A stretch of DNA of 64,000 nt from Macrostomum lignano (lineage: Eukaryota): positions 318,424-382,423 of the forward strand of contig NIVC01001009.1 of assembly GCA_002269645.1 (NCBI GenBank). Direction: 5' to 3'. The position numbers and the translations under genes were made by a program. The notes beneath the pieces were generated by a model that had not been told where the DNA came from, did no database searches, and worked only from the letters and a program-made list of their open reading frames with translations. Within the stretch, counting starts at the first letter, position 1, and every line of letters begins with the position of its first letter. This document shows, piece after piece, positions 1-13,270 of the stretch.

Positions 1-2270
1 GATGCTTTCACCAATGCGCTAATTGAATTGTCAGCTAGGGCCTTTCCGAATACAATCAAGGAGCCGAGAAAGGAAGAGATACAAGCAAATTCATCAAAGG
101 AGTCAGAATTCTGCCAGATACTAGGGAAAATTTAATCTTTGCTCAACCTGTAAATTTGCAAGAATCTAGGCGAATGCTACAGTGAATTGAAGCCAAAGGA
201 GATGTACAAATAATTAAGGATGAAGCGAATGAGCATTAAAAGAAGCTCCAAAAGTTAGTGAAACAGCAGAGAGGTGAACTAGAGCAACAGCAGAAGCTGA
301 TAGAGGAACTTAGGGCAAATAGGCCATTGTCTATGGCATGGCCTCAGCCATTCCTAGCTCAGATGCCGCAATAAACAGCTCACCAGCCACCGGCATTTCA
401 GCTGCAAATTCTAGTCTAGGCCAAGGGGGCAATTCAATACTAGCTTATATGCTCTGCAACTAGGAAAGTGTGCAGTCTATCAGCATCTCGGCTCAATAAG
501 ACCTGGTTTTAGTCATCAGTGCCGCTTGCCCCAAAACTAGTCTAAGCAAGGAAACTAAAGTACAAAGGCTACAACCCTCTAGGAAAAGTAGTTTTGAAAT
601 GAAGGCCTTCAATTATAGTAGTTATGTTGACTTAAAAAGTAGGCAAATAGTCCCAATGCAAAGAAGACACATATTAGTGTACCTATAAATAATGCATTTG
701 CACTAGCATCAACACCTACTTTTTCTGCATCAGCACCTTATGCCTCTGCACTAGCTGCATCACCATGTGTCACCCCTGCATTTGCTGCTACAAACCTTGC
801 ATCAATACAAAAAGAATAATTTGTACCCAAATTTCACCAACCAAAGCCAAAAGTAATTAAGGAATTTTTTTCAAAACCTAAAGTTGAATTAGCAAATCAA
901 ACAGAATTTCTTTTGTACAGCCACGATTGCGATAATATATTAGGTATGGAATTGTTTAAAGAGCACTGTGAAAGCATCCATTTAGCCAAAGGCATATTAA
1001 TTCTAAAGGAGAAGACTTGTGTTCCCATGCAGTACACTCATTTGCCAGTAAGAGTATGCCAAGTATATACTCAAAAAAGAGCAGTTGTTCTGTCTTATAA
1101 TGCACTACAAATCCCCATGAGATTATCTAAGAATTAAAAAGCTAATTATGGCATGCCAATAACTATTGAGACTATTGGAATTGGAAGTATAAGAACTAAG
1201 AGCAAAACATTAGAAATGAATCCAACCTTAGTTACTATGCGCAATGGTGTAGCCATAGTACGTAGAAGTAGTGAATTGAAGCATGGTAGAAATACAATTG
1301 CCAAAATTGTTGCTGGTAGATCTAGCTAAGCCAATGAGAGCCAGAGAGCTTACCTATATGACTAGTGAATTAGATCAAACTGTGCCACCAAACTAGCTAA
1401 TCACTGGATGTGTCAATCAAATGCAATCTCAAAGTGAAACTTGGATTAGCAAAATCAATATTAGTGAAACCTTGATAGCAGAGCAGAAAGAGAAAGTGAT
1501 TCAGCTTATAAAAGAGCATAGAGCTTTAGAGAAACCTTTTTGTAGCACAATTTAGATATGGGCTTAACATTGTTAGTCACGCATGAGATATTATTGAAAG
1601 ATAAGACACCTGTGAGGATTCCAACTAGAAGAATCCCTTTTCATTTCCAAAAACAGGTGAATGCTCAATTAGACAATATGTTAGCTAAGAATTTAATTAG
1701 GCCATGCTATTCAACTTATGCAACACCTATAGTAATTGTATATCTAAGAAGGATGGTACTATTTGAATAGTGACTAGAGTGTTGAATTCATGAGTAAATT
1801 ATTTTCGATATCCACTGCCAAATATTCGAGACATTTTGTATTTAACAGGCAGTCAATACTTTAATAGCCTTAACCTAAATTCTGATTTTTGGCAAGTTTA
1901 AAAACAGGAACACAAATAAGTTTAAGTACAAAGTTATGGGTCAGGGCTATCTAATATCTGAGGTACTTTTCAAAGATTAATGAATCTTGTATTGGCAGGC
2001 ATTCAGCATAAATATTCTATGTCATACATAGAAAGCATAGTGACCTATTCTAAGAACTTCAAAAATCATTTAGAATACCTAAAAGAGGTATCTCAAAGAT
2101 TGATTAATACTGGACTGAAACTAAGAGAAAAAAGTGCAATCTGTTCCATAGCAAATTAAAATATTTAGGCCATGTAATTAGAAGAAATGGAATCACGACT
2201 GATGAAGCTAAAATAGAAGCAATTAGAAGTTGACCAAAGCCAAAAGATGCAAGAGTCGTAAAGTTTCTTA
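1..2270 (+). mobile_element. Degenerate Ty3/Gypsy LTR retrotransposon internal fragment (gag-like region, RT; truncated before RNase H)
   Basis: Interrupted translations give Gypsy RT motifs: PVRIPTRRIP..VNAQLDNMLAKNLIRPCYSTYATPIVIV (ORF 1558-1770), KKDGT, YPLPNIRDIL, YIESIV (decayed YIDD) and KLKYLGHVI..GITTDEAKIEAIRS*PKP. Many stops and frameshifts. Confidence 0.85.
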
Positions 2271-2999
2271 AAAAGAATTGCTCTTTTTTAAAAGAGTTGC
2301 TTGTTGTGGCATCATTGCTTAATGATTTGAAGAAAAATGCTTGTTTAAAGCTTGGAATCCCTGATGAAAAGATCCATTCAGTGAAAATTGTTACTTTCAA
2401 TAGATATGTCATTGATGATGACAATCTTATCCTTGAACTAGCCAAAGAGAATAAGTTCTAGTTATTCTACACAATGAAAAATAGTTACAAAAGCAGCTAG
2501 GTACTGAGATAGCAACTGGTGACCCTGGCCTTATTAATTGCCAATTGATTAAGGCAATCACCAATTGCCTCAGCTGCTATCAGCGTGGTGACCCCTAAAT
2601 GCACTATTGCTAAAAGGGAGGACAAGCCAGAAACATTGCCAGCATAGCTAAAGTGGCCTAATGTGTATTCTCTTCCACAAATATACAAGCTTGCCAAGGC
2701 TTTGTGTGGGCTTTGGTAACAACTATCAAAAGACTGTAATTTTAAACTAAATGCAAAATTTGTCAATTAGTTAATTAAGTATATCATGGACAAATTTTTG
2801 TAAAATATAAGCAAATCAATGATCTGTATCTATAATCTGTAGAAATCAACTATGTATGCTAAGCTATTACATTAATATTTCCATCACTAAAGGACTATTC
2901 TCCTGATGGATGCCGCTTCTAGGCAGTTAAAGTCTGTTGTTAGCTTAAAGAGTTTGGTAGCAAAATTCTGCCTGAGCATCAAAGCCTACTGATTCTTCA

Positions 3000-4300
3000 A
3001 ATGCAAGCTAAGCATAGGTGGAGCAAGCATAAACTAAGCATTGCTATGCTGTCAAAAATGCCAGTTCTACTTCAGCTGCTTAGGATGGCAGTGATAAGGA
3101 GAATACAATGCATTCGAGCGAAATTCAATATCAATTTCCAGGTTTTTCCAGGTTTAAATAAGTAAAGCTCCAGGTTGCTATATGGTAGAGCTTTATAAAA
3201 TGAAACATATGTACGCAGCAATGTTTCTTGATTTAGTGTTTCCTACTACGAACTATATATTATATATTTCATAGATTATTTAAATTATTTATTTCTTGTA
3301 TTAATTGAAGAACAAAATTAAAAGTATAAAATAAGACTTTTGCTATAAATATACAACTTAATAAGAATATAACTATACAGGATAGATTGTATTTGTAACA
3401 TACTATGACATGGTAGCAACATTTTTAATACCAAAGTTTCTATCACATCATATAGCATTATGTCATGCATTACTAAATTATAGTCTACTACCAGTTTCAC
3501 ATTACACAGATCATGGGAAGAATGATAATTCCATAATTCCAATTAGTCAAGAGCTATCAGTTCTAGAAGAGCTTGAGTTGTACTGGCCATTTAAGTTGCC
3601 CATGGTAATTGTTCAGGAATGCACTCTGATGATAGAAGCCTATTAACCAAAAGCAAACTACTAACTATATTCTGCAGAAGTCATCTAAGATTGTAATTTG
3701 CAATGTAAAGGCTGCTTTGTTAAAAGTATACAAAAAGTGGCATTGCTTTAAAAACTTCAAATTTTGTAAGGCTTACTTATCTTTTATGGACATAGAACAG
3801 CAGCTCCAAGTGGCTATTCTCTTACTTTTGGGCTGGCTAAGGATTGATCTAAATGCTATCTTCAAGGCCAATTTTCCAGTTTGAGCCAATCTATTATTTG
3901 AGACACTTATAGATACCATTATTATTTTTGTTCTAGTGTTCGTTGCTTTTAACTTGCAGTATATTTTTATTCTCAAGCCATTCCTTGAATTCATTGAGGT
4001 AATGGCAAAGCTGCATTGACAGCATTGTCAAGCTATATGCAGTGATACTATATTTTTGCTTGCTGCATTTTGCTAATCATGCTTTATTTGTTGCTAAATG
4101 ATAATGCTAGTGCCTATAAATATAGTTTGCTGACATAAAGTAATATTTCTACAATCATTTATTTACTTCTTAACAATATATCACATCCATAAAGAACTGG
4201 GGATTCAATTCAAAGCAAAATAGCTCTTTGGATAAGGTCATATTTATGTTCCCTCTATGTTCAAGCCTGTACTGAAAACACTAGGTTTTATGCCCTGAAT
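3000..4300 (-). mobile_element. Possible fossil hAT-family transposase
   Basis: Minus-strand remnants appear in the expected order and spacing: GTSII (DGAS-like, ~4110), HCI*LDNAV (CxxH-like, ~4040), KRIATWS (RW-like, ~3815) and LSLPS*AAEVELAF (SxAxxERxFS-like, ~3060). Heavily decayed. Confidence 0.4.
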
Positions 4301-4579
4301 ATGTGCTATAATACCTTCAGCCTTTCTTTTGGAAATGTCTGCTTGGCTATGCCCATAGTTAACTTTATATTTTTTTACTCATTTCAAAGTGGTGTGCCTT
4401 TAGTTAGGCTCTTGTGCTCAATACAGGAAAATGAAATAGTCTATGATTATACTTTAGTTAAAAGTACTAGCAATCCAGTCCATTTGATGAGTGCAAAAAT
4501 GAAAATGAAAATATGGCTGAAAATATTAAAGAATAGACCCATGGTTCCAGTAAGCCTTGACATCTTAACAATGGTCTAC

Positions 4580-5169
4580 GGTCATTTTGTCTGCCGCCTT
4601 TTCGTCTGCCAAAGAATTTTAGCAGACGAAACGACTTTTTTATTTATGTTTATTTTGGTTCACTTATTTAGTATTTTTTATGTAGGGAATTAAAATAAAT
4701 TAGTATAAGCAAGTTTTAAGTATGTTTTCTTATTTATATTGATACATTTTGTTTTTCTTCATTTTCTACAAAACCTAACTAACCTATATAATACTTTCGA
4801 CGCATTGATGCGTGTGTGCCTACAATTTCGATTGCTCCTTACATTTTACACTTTGTACATTTAAGCTAGTTGTATTCGTGAATAAATTGCATATGAGTTT
4901 ACATACACGAAAAAAAAAAGTTGGAAGGAAACTAAATGGTTGGAGATATTTGCTTCTGGCTTTGTGTATTTATATGCAACATATTAGCTCCAGAACTTTC
5001 AGAAAAATCCTAGCATTATAATAAATTACAATTAATAAGACATTTACATTATACTTCCATGCGAAGCTTGATGACATATTAGTTATTCCAATTTATATAT
5101 TATATATATTGGCAGACAAAACAACTATATCGTATATTGGCAGACGAAAAGGCGGCAGATGAAATGACC
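4580..5169. mobile_element. MITE-like element with ~33-bp terminal inverted repeats
   Basis: GGTCATTTTGTCTGCCGCCTTTTCGTCTGCCAA at 4580 and its near-perfect reverse complement at 5137-5169, with an AT-rich non-coding interior. TSD not resolved. Confidence 0.7.
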
Positions 5170-6637
5170 ATCAACCTTAAAAATTCCCCTAGCTGCAAGC
5201 CTTGACATCTTAGCAACTCTCCCAGTAAGCTTTGACATCTCAACAATCCCTTGTAAGCCTCAACATCCCAGCAATCACCCTATAGGCCTTAACATCCTAG
5301 CAATTCTCCTTGTAAGCCTTGACACCCTAGCTATTTCCTCTGTAAGCTTTGATATCTCAGCAAGAAAAGAAACTCATTCCTTTTAATTTTGTATTAAAAG
5401 GAATGGCTGAAAATATTAAAGAATAGACCCATGGTTCCATGATTAATATGATATGATTAATATGATTAATCATATTCATAATATTAATATGATTAATCAT
5501 ATTCATAATATTAATATGATAATAATATGATTAAAAGTTCGTGATACCTTACTGGAACCATGGGTCTATTCTTTAATATTATCTCTTTCTTTAATATCAT
5601 ATTCTTTAAAATGATTAATGATATTCATAATCATCATAATCATATTAATATGATAATAATATGATTAAAAGTTCATGATACCTTACTGGAACCATGGGTC
5701 TTTCTTTTGGAAGAAATTATTAATCATATTCATAATCATCATAATCATATTAATATGATAATATATCACATCATATTAATTTTATTGTTTTATAACATTT
5801 AATTATATTTTTTTGCTTCTCAACTCTGCATCTCAACAAAATTGAATATTCTGCTAGAAATATTTTTGGCATTTGCAATGCAATGCCAGTCATTGTCAAT
5901 TAAGGTGTTAAGAGTGCTAGAGTGGTATTCACCAAAGGCAAAGAGTAGGCCCTAATGATTGCAAAATAAACCAATTTTTGGGTAAAAAATCAGGCATTCT
6001 GATTGTAAAGTATAAAAACCTATAGAAGTAGCATGCCATAGCCTTTTCAATATCATATTATTCTTATTCCTAGCTTTAGCATGGCCCTGGGCCTGCTATA
6101 TATGGAAATAGAAGATAGGCCTAAGCAGCATGGACCATCGACATAGATAGGGTAGGGAAACGACCCTAAAATCTTACCAGCAGGTGCGTGTCCCGCTTTA
6201 AACTCGGTGTTGTTATCCTCCATTTTAAAAGCGTTATCAATAAGAAACTTATTGAATAAAGAGAAAGGCGTTTAACTATTAGTGATAGACAGCAGCTGTA
6301 GTAACATGCAATGCGATGCGATAAAAAAGTTGAATATCGAATTCACTACTACTTAAATGAAAAGTATTATTGTTGTGTCGTCTTGACCTAATAAATCCAG
6401 GTAATACTATATCCTATGTAGAGTATTTTTTGCAATTCTCTGTAACTAACAAATATATATTATTTCTTTCGTTAAAGTTTGTAAATTTTAAATTTAAAAT
6501 CGTTATCTAATTCGCGCGTGTCACAGCTCTCTAGATGACCGGTTTTTCAGTTCCAGTTCCCGATAAGATAAAAATAACAAAAAGATCGATTTAGCAGAAA
6601 ACACTTGAATGTAAAACGATTTTTTTGTCGAAACTCA

Positions 6638-7348
6638 AATTTACCATCTGAAATCTGTGTATATATAAAAAATCAGCTTCACAGACCTTACTATTGCTTC
6701 AGTGCAGGTCTTCAATCTTGCATAGCGTGATGTTGAAACGTCAGAAACTGTACGATGTCGCATACAGGCCAAATCATTCTACCCCTAGAACTACGAAATA
6801 CCCAACAACATCTGATAACCAATTTTATTTTTGCAATTTACCATCTGAAATCTGTGTATATATAAAAAATCAGCTTCACAGACCTTACTGTTGCTTCAGT
6901 GCAGGTCTTCAATCTTGCATAGCGTGATGTTGAAACGTCAGTAACTGCAGGATTTCGCATACAGGCTAAATAAATCTATTCTTAGAACTACGAAATACCC
7001 AACAACAACTGATAACCAATTTTATTTTTGCAATTTACCATCTGAAATCTGTGTATATATAAAAAATCAGCTTCACAGACCTCTGTTGCTTCAGTGCAGG
7101 TCTCCAATCTTGCATAGCGTGATGTTGAAACGTCAGTAACTGCAGGATTTCGCATACAGGCTAAATAAATCTATTCTTAGAACTACGAAATACCCAACAA
7201 CAACTGATAACCAATTTTATTTTTGCAATTTACCATCTGAAATCTGTGTATATATAAAAAATCAGCTTCACAGACCTTACTGTTGCTTCAGTGCAGGTCT
7301 CCAATCTTGCACAGCGTGACGTTGAAACGTCAGAAACTACGATTTCGT
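6638..7348. repeat. Tandem repeat, ~197-bp unit x ~3.6
   Basis: AATTTACCATCTGAAATCTGTG recurs at 6638, 6835, 7032 and 7227. Confidence 0.95.
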
Positions 7349-7410
7349 AACTAAGGAGTTGTAACTTTGAATTTGTAAAATATCCAGCTTATACTCGTAG
7401 GTAATTATAG

Positions 7411-8805
7411 AACCACAGCAACAAAAAATACGCATTCGCCCCAGTAGTCAGTGGAGCTGGAGCGTCAGATGACATGTCGAAGCGCCAGCAGGCGAATAAT
7501 CAATTGTCCGGCCCATTGATCGACAGTGTCGGGCGCCCCAACGTTGCTCAGGATGCAGTCCACGTATCTCTGTGTCCTCGGTCGCTTGAGCCCGCCTGAA
7601 CTGTTCTAGCAAAGTGAGCGGCAGGAAGTCCTGGACAGGCTAGGGCAATAGCCCGGATCACGTAGCGCCTGTCAGTTGGAGTCGCCGTCTCGCTGCAGGA
7701 TGGTACATCCTTGAACAGGACGCTTTTGTCAGCCTGAACGCATGGAGCAGCCCCGCGGGCCGAGTGATAAAATTGTTTAGCTGTTGCTCCAGCGTGACCG
7801 TTAACATCGGGACGCTAGAATTCGCGCGACTGGATTTCGCGCGATCTGGCATTCGAGCGACTGCATTTGCGCGACTGGAAATCGCACGACCTGGAATTGA
7901 AGCGCACGACTTCTTTCTAGCGACTGGATTTCACACGACTGGATTTAAATCCAGTCGATCGAAATCCGGTTGCGCGAAATTCAGTCGCACGAAATCCAGT
8001 CGCACGAACTTCACGTCGCGCGAAATCTATACTAGTCGCTTGAAGTAAGTCGCGAGAAATGATGCAGTCGAATTCAATTTCAAGTCGCCTAAAATCATTT
8101 TATTTTCATTTTAATCATTCGTGCAAAATCCTGGTGCGCAGAAGACAATTAGCGCAAAATCCAGTAGCGCGAATTCTAGCGTCCCTTGAACATCCACGTC
8201 TCTGCAGCGTTGTCGAGCAACACGGTCTCAACAGCCGAGCGCTCTGACGATCGGGCAGCGCTTTGGACTGAAGGATGGCGCGAATCGACCGGTAGGCCGT
8301 CCAGGCAAGTCCTCTCGATCTAGATCTGCGTCGCCGAATTTCGTCCTCAACGTTGGGCATCAGACCGTCGAGGTGAACCGCTGACAGCGCGCGAGGTTGG
8401 TCGTCTGCCCGTCTGCGCCGCGGCATTACGCTGTGGTGACGGCAGACGGCTTGTCTGATCTGTCTGAAACTTCGTTTAGGAGTGCTACACAGAGCGACAC
8501 ATTCTAGCACCGTTCCTCTTCGTGCTGCTCCTGGCATGGATTGTGCAGCTTTGGAACGGACCCCCTTCAGCAGGCGACGGCTTCCTGCTGCGCAGACACA
8601 TCGGTCGCCGCCACAACGAGAAGCGCCTGAGCGGTTCTGGGCTACGCCGACGACCTCACACTCCTGTCCTCAACTGTTGATGGCGCACAGCGCTAGATTA
8701 AGGTTGGTCGAGGTGGCATCAAAGCGTCGGCCTATTTGTCGACACGCTGAAAGACCGAGAGGCGCTGGCATGACCAGCGAGCCGATATCCCAGGCGGAGC
8801 TGACT
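7411..8805 (-). mobile_element. 5'-truncated, 5'-inverted RTE-type LINE fragment
   Basis: 7411-8427 on minus matches the RT C-terminus and 3' end of the copy at 25.4-27.4 kb (GLAWTAYRSIRAILQSKALPDRQ; TTG-type tail). 8430-8805 on plus encodes the preceding RT segment (VVTADG..DGFLLRR..GYADDL..VGL). Confidence 0.85.
7809..8185. mobile_element. MULE-like MITE inserted in the RTE fragment
   Basis: TIR GGGACGCTAGAATTCGCGC(G/T)ACTGGATTT at both ends. Imperfect 9-bp TSD GTTAACATC/TTGAACATC. The RTE sequence is continuous across the insertion. Interior is made of TCGCACGACTGGA-like subrepeats. Confidence 0.8.
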
Positions 8806-11739
8806 TACATCACCATACAGCGATATGATGGCGTCAACTACATGTAGCTGCTGGGGACTCGACAGGTTCGTAGGACAAAAGAAAGTGTTACTCTTAGCAC
8901 TGAATCAAATGCCATAATAATTAAAAACCCTAAAAAATGCCGAGTAAAGGCCGAGACCTTTCACAGAGTCGTGAAAGGTCTCGGCCCCTCGGAGTTGTAA
9001 CTCCTTTAATTTCCTATTTTTCCGAGGTTCAGCTTGTACATTGTTTCATTTTACGAAATTATACCTTTAAATGCATAATCACATGCAAGGGCCCGCGTCA
9101 CCGCGCAGGACAGGGGCTGACATCGGGACAACTGTGCATGTCCCCCCTGGTCTGAGTGAAAGCTATGAAAAAGCGAACAAAATGAGTGTCTGTTTGGCAA
9201 TAAAATTGAGTGTTAAAAACACCGATAAAAAATAATGTAGGAATTTCGTCACTTAGAATTCTTGACTTTGTCCCCCACCATAAAAATCCATAGCGACGCG
9301 CTCACGCCCCTGATCACATGCAAGTTAAGAATTACATCTAATTGTGCAAAATATTTACATGTTTAATATTTGATCAATTAGATTTGTAAGGTCTGTAGAG
9401 AAATTACAATTAATCAATTCAAGGTGCACTATTGGATTAAATTACGTATTGTCTGTATTAAGTTATTGATAGAATTTTTACGACAATTACATGCATTCTT
9501 CTGGAGAAGTAACATCATAATCTTATAAATTACATGTATCCTATCTTATATTTTTATCTCAATATTTTTATTTCACATGTAATATTTAAAACCCATGTTT
9601 TATAAGGACCTTTAACTTTTACAAATTTTTTAGCGTCAATTGAAACCATTATTTGAATTGCTATTAGTTAATTTATTAATTTACCACAATATTTTTGAGT
9701 TCAAAGTAATTGTAGTTAACTTAATTGTAGTTAACTACTGTCTTTATCAAGTGTAAAAAGAACGAAACATTTTTTGTAATTGTCTACTAGTTTCTTTGTT
9801 TATTCATACTACATATTATTTTTTTTTATCATATTTAGAAAAGTTCTTACTTCATATTGTTATCGTCACATTATCACATACAACGATAACGATAGATGGA
9901 GTTGACTAGATCCGATATCGAACCGTGGTTTTTTGAATATTCGCCTCTATAATAGTACTTTTTTCTACCAAAAAATTTAAATAAAATAAGTAAACGTTTG
10001 AATAATACTGTATTTTATTCATTTTTAAAAACACTTATGTCAACTTCATTCTTAAAGCAGTAAACATTTGTTTGAATATGCGTTGTAACATATTCCGTTA
10101 CGGCGGGATTTTAAAGTACGATTTGGGAACTGGAACTGAAAAACCGGTCATCTCTCTAGAACTTTATATTGGTTGGTTGGGTTGGGTTGGTTGGTGGCTA
10201 TGGCACACACAGTGTATACTATTGACTTCTCGACTAATGAATGATGTGTTAGTCTGATCGGATTCGGTTTTTAAATACTACCTTCCTGACATTGTGATAA
10301 TAATATTCAACAACTTTTCTTTACTTTTTGAACGTGTTTGTGAACCTTTGTATATTTAGGGCAAATTTTGCCATTTTGGGCATAGGAACATTAAAATTAA
10401 TGGCAATCTTCTAGTTTGTTTTCAATATTATTTTCAAGTTTAAATCAGCCCCACAATATAGTGCCTCTAAGCATTAGATAGAGTGGTTGATAAAGTAAAT
10501 GGATAGAGGTAGGATGATATCTATTTTTGAGATTTTTGAGACTCAAGATCTATTATGCCTAGGCCTATTTTACAATATTCAAGATTTGATCAAGATTTGA
10601 GTTTAAGCCTAAGACTAGGCTAGGCCTAGACATAATTATTACCTAGGCCCCAGTCCTACGACCTACTAGGCCTACTATTTGTGGCATCAAAGGCCAATCT
10701 GGCAACCAACTTGAACCAAGGCAGTTGCCAATGATAAAACAGTCTGTCACATTTTATTTCTTTTATTATTTTATTATTGCTAAGATTGGCTTGGCTGAAA
10801 ACCTGAAGCCTGAGCTGATTTGAGCATATTAGGCCTATTTTTTTGTCAATGCATAAAATTGTTGCAAAAACAACTTTATAAAATGGGACACTGAAATGGT
10901 CAGTTGCCAATTGGCAACTAGATTTTGAGCTCTAGTTGCCATTTGGCAACTGGATTTTGGACAAAAAAACCTAGTATCTGCAAAATACATCAAAATATAA
11001 AATTTTAGACTAATATTTAAACCAATATATTAATATTTCATTTTTGTGCAGATCATTTTGGCCTAACACAATTTCTCTATATATTTTATATAATATTTTT
11101 ATATAAACACAGCTTATGGCAAATTGCCTATTGTTTTCAATAGATTTATATGCATATAAGCCTTTAGTTTCATTATATGCTATGCATCCTATTTTTTTAT
11201 AGTACACAAGGATAGTAAAACTTTTTCTAGTAGTCCTTTATATTTCACTTAGCAAATGCACTAAGTTTAACCTATTTTTTTATTAGAGGCAGGGAGCTGT
11301 GTGGCACACTTTAAGCAATGTAGGCATACAACCGGCAAGATACATTACTGCCCATTCCGCCGACTCCCCTGAGCAGGCATACAAACGCTTGAATACATAT
11401 GCAAGCACACACTCACACAAGAGTATGCAGCGGCCCTAACTTTATTTTAATACAAGCTGTTGAAACCCGCGGATTTTGAAACATGGGGAATTCCAATCTG
11501 TAGAACTACTTTTGTATATATTCTGAAATCTAAGGCCATACACAAACAAATTAATGTTAGTAGGATAAAGGTAGACATAAAATAGAGCACATTAGTGTAA
11601 AATTAGGGTTTGAGGCAAATGTTGATTTTGTTTCTTGGGGTACTCCACAGAATGCCAGGCAATGTCTGTCTGACTCTAAAACATATTGGCAAACTCTGGC
11701 CTCTCCTTGACTTTCCCTATGTCCCTTGGATCCTTTAAA

Positions 11740-12382
11740 ATTTCTATCGTCTCTTCTGTTTCCTTTCTTCTCTCATATCTTCCCTCATCTCTCTTATCTC
11801 ATCTCTTCCCTATTCTTTTCTCTCTCCTCTCCTCTCTCCTTTCTACTTTTTGTTTTCTCTCTGCTCTCCTTTCTCCTCTCTCCTCTTTCATTTTCTCTCT
11901 CTTCTCCTCTCTCCTCTCTCCCATCTTCTTTTGTATCTTCCCTCATCTTTTTTCTCTTTCATATCTCTTATCTCATCTTTTCCCCTCTTCTTTTCTCTCT
12001 CCTCTCCTCTCTCTTCTCTACTTTTTCGTTTTCTCCCTCCTCTCCTCTCTCCTCTCCCCCCTCTTCTCTTGTCTCTTCCTTCTCCTCTCTATTCTTTTCT
12101 CTCTTCTCTTAACTCTCTCCTCTACTCTCTCATCTCTCCTCTCTACTCTTTTCTCTCTCTCTCCTCTCTCCCCTCTTCTCTCGTCTCTTCCCTCACCTCT
12201 TTCCTCTCTCTCTTTCCTCTCATCTCTTTTCTTGTTTTATCTCTTCTCTCTCCCCTTGTCGTTCATCTCGTCTCTTCCCTCACCTCTCTTCTCTCTCGTC
12301 TGCTCTTTCATCTCTCCTGACTCCTTTCTCTTCTTTTATCTTTTCTCTCTTATCTCTTCTCATTTCTCTCTGCTCTGCGCTT

Positions 12383-12460
<78 letters not shown>

Positions 12461-13270
12461 ATCTCTCTTCTCCTCTCTACTCTCTCCCCTCTTCATTCTC
12501 CTATTTCCTCTTCTCTCTCCCTGTCTCTCCTCTCTCATCTAGTCTCTGTAATCTATTCTCTCTTATCTCTCCTCTGTTCTCTCTACTCTCCCATCTCTCG
12601 TCTGTTCATCTGCTCTCTCATCTGTCATCTTTACTCTCTTATATGTTCTCTCACTTATCTCCTCTGTACTCTTCTCTTTCACCTCTTCTGACTCCTCTCT
12701 TCCTTACTCCTCTCTTCTTTTCTCTTCCCTCTTCTATGCTCTCTCTCTATTATCTTCTCTCGTCTCTCTGGACTCTCCTCTCACCTTTTTCAACTCTCAT
12801 CTCTTCTTTTATCTGTCTCATCTCTACAATCTCATCTCTTTCCTCTCTCCTCTTCCCTTTACTCTCTCATCTCCTTTTTCCCCTCTTCTTACACCCCTCT
12901 CTTATCTCTATTTCTTCTCTTCTCACCCCTTCTCTCCCCCTCTTATCTCCTCTTTTTTCTATCCTTTCTACTCTCTCCTCTCTTATCTCTCCTCTCCTCT
13001 TGACCCTCTGTCATCTTCTTTCTGCTCTCTCATCTCTACTCTCTTCTCACTTTTCTCTACTCTCCTCTCATTGATCCTCTGTCTCATCTCTCCCCTCTTC
13101 TCACCTTTACTCTTTCCTCTCTCTCCTTTCTCCCCTCCTCTCGCTTCTTCCTCCCTTCTTCTCTGCTCTCTCCTCACCACTTGTCTCTCCTCTTATTTTC
13201 CATGTTTTTTTCATATCCCCCTCTCGCCTCTCCTCTCTTCTAATAGTCTATTCCTTCTCCTTTCCATTCT
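11740..13270. repeat. CT-rich polypyrimidine low-complexity tract with a pure (CT)n core at ~12381-12458
   Basis: Directly visible. The tract ends in CTCATCTGGCCCGCA, the same junction as in the hAT MITE at 48306. Confidence 0.95.

Larger units (their letters stand above)
6533..10153. mobile_element. Non-autonomous TIR DNA element (~3.6 kb) containing nested insertions
   Basis: AGATGACCGGTTTTTCAGTTCCAGTTCCC at 6533 and its reverse complement ending at 10153, with CTCT on both flanks. Confidence 0.6.

Noticed and set aside
5400-5770. AT-rich foldback made of GACCCATGGTTCCA inverted copies
   Set aside because: Looks like local duplication debris around the MITE at 4580; no RNA-gene features.
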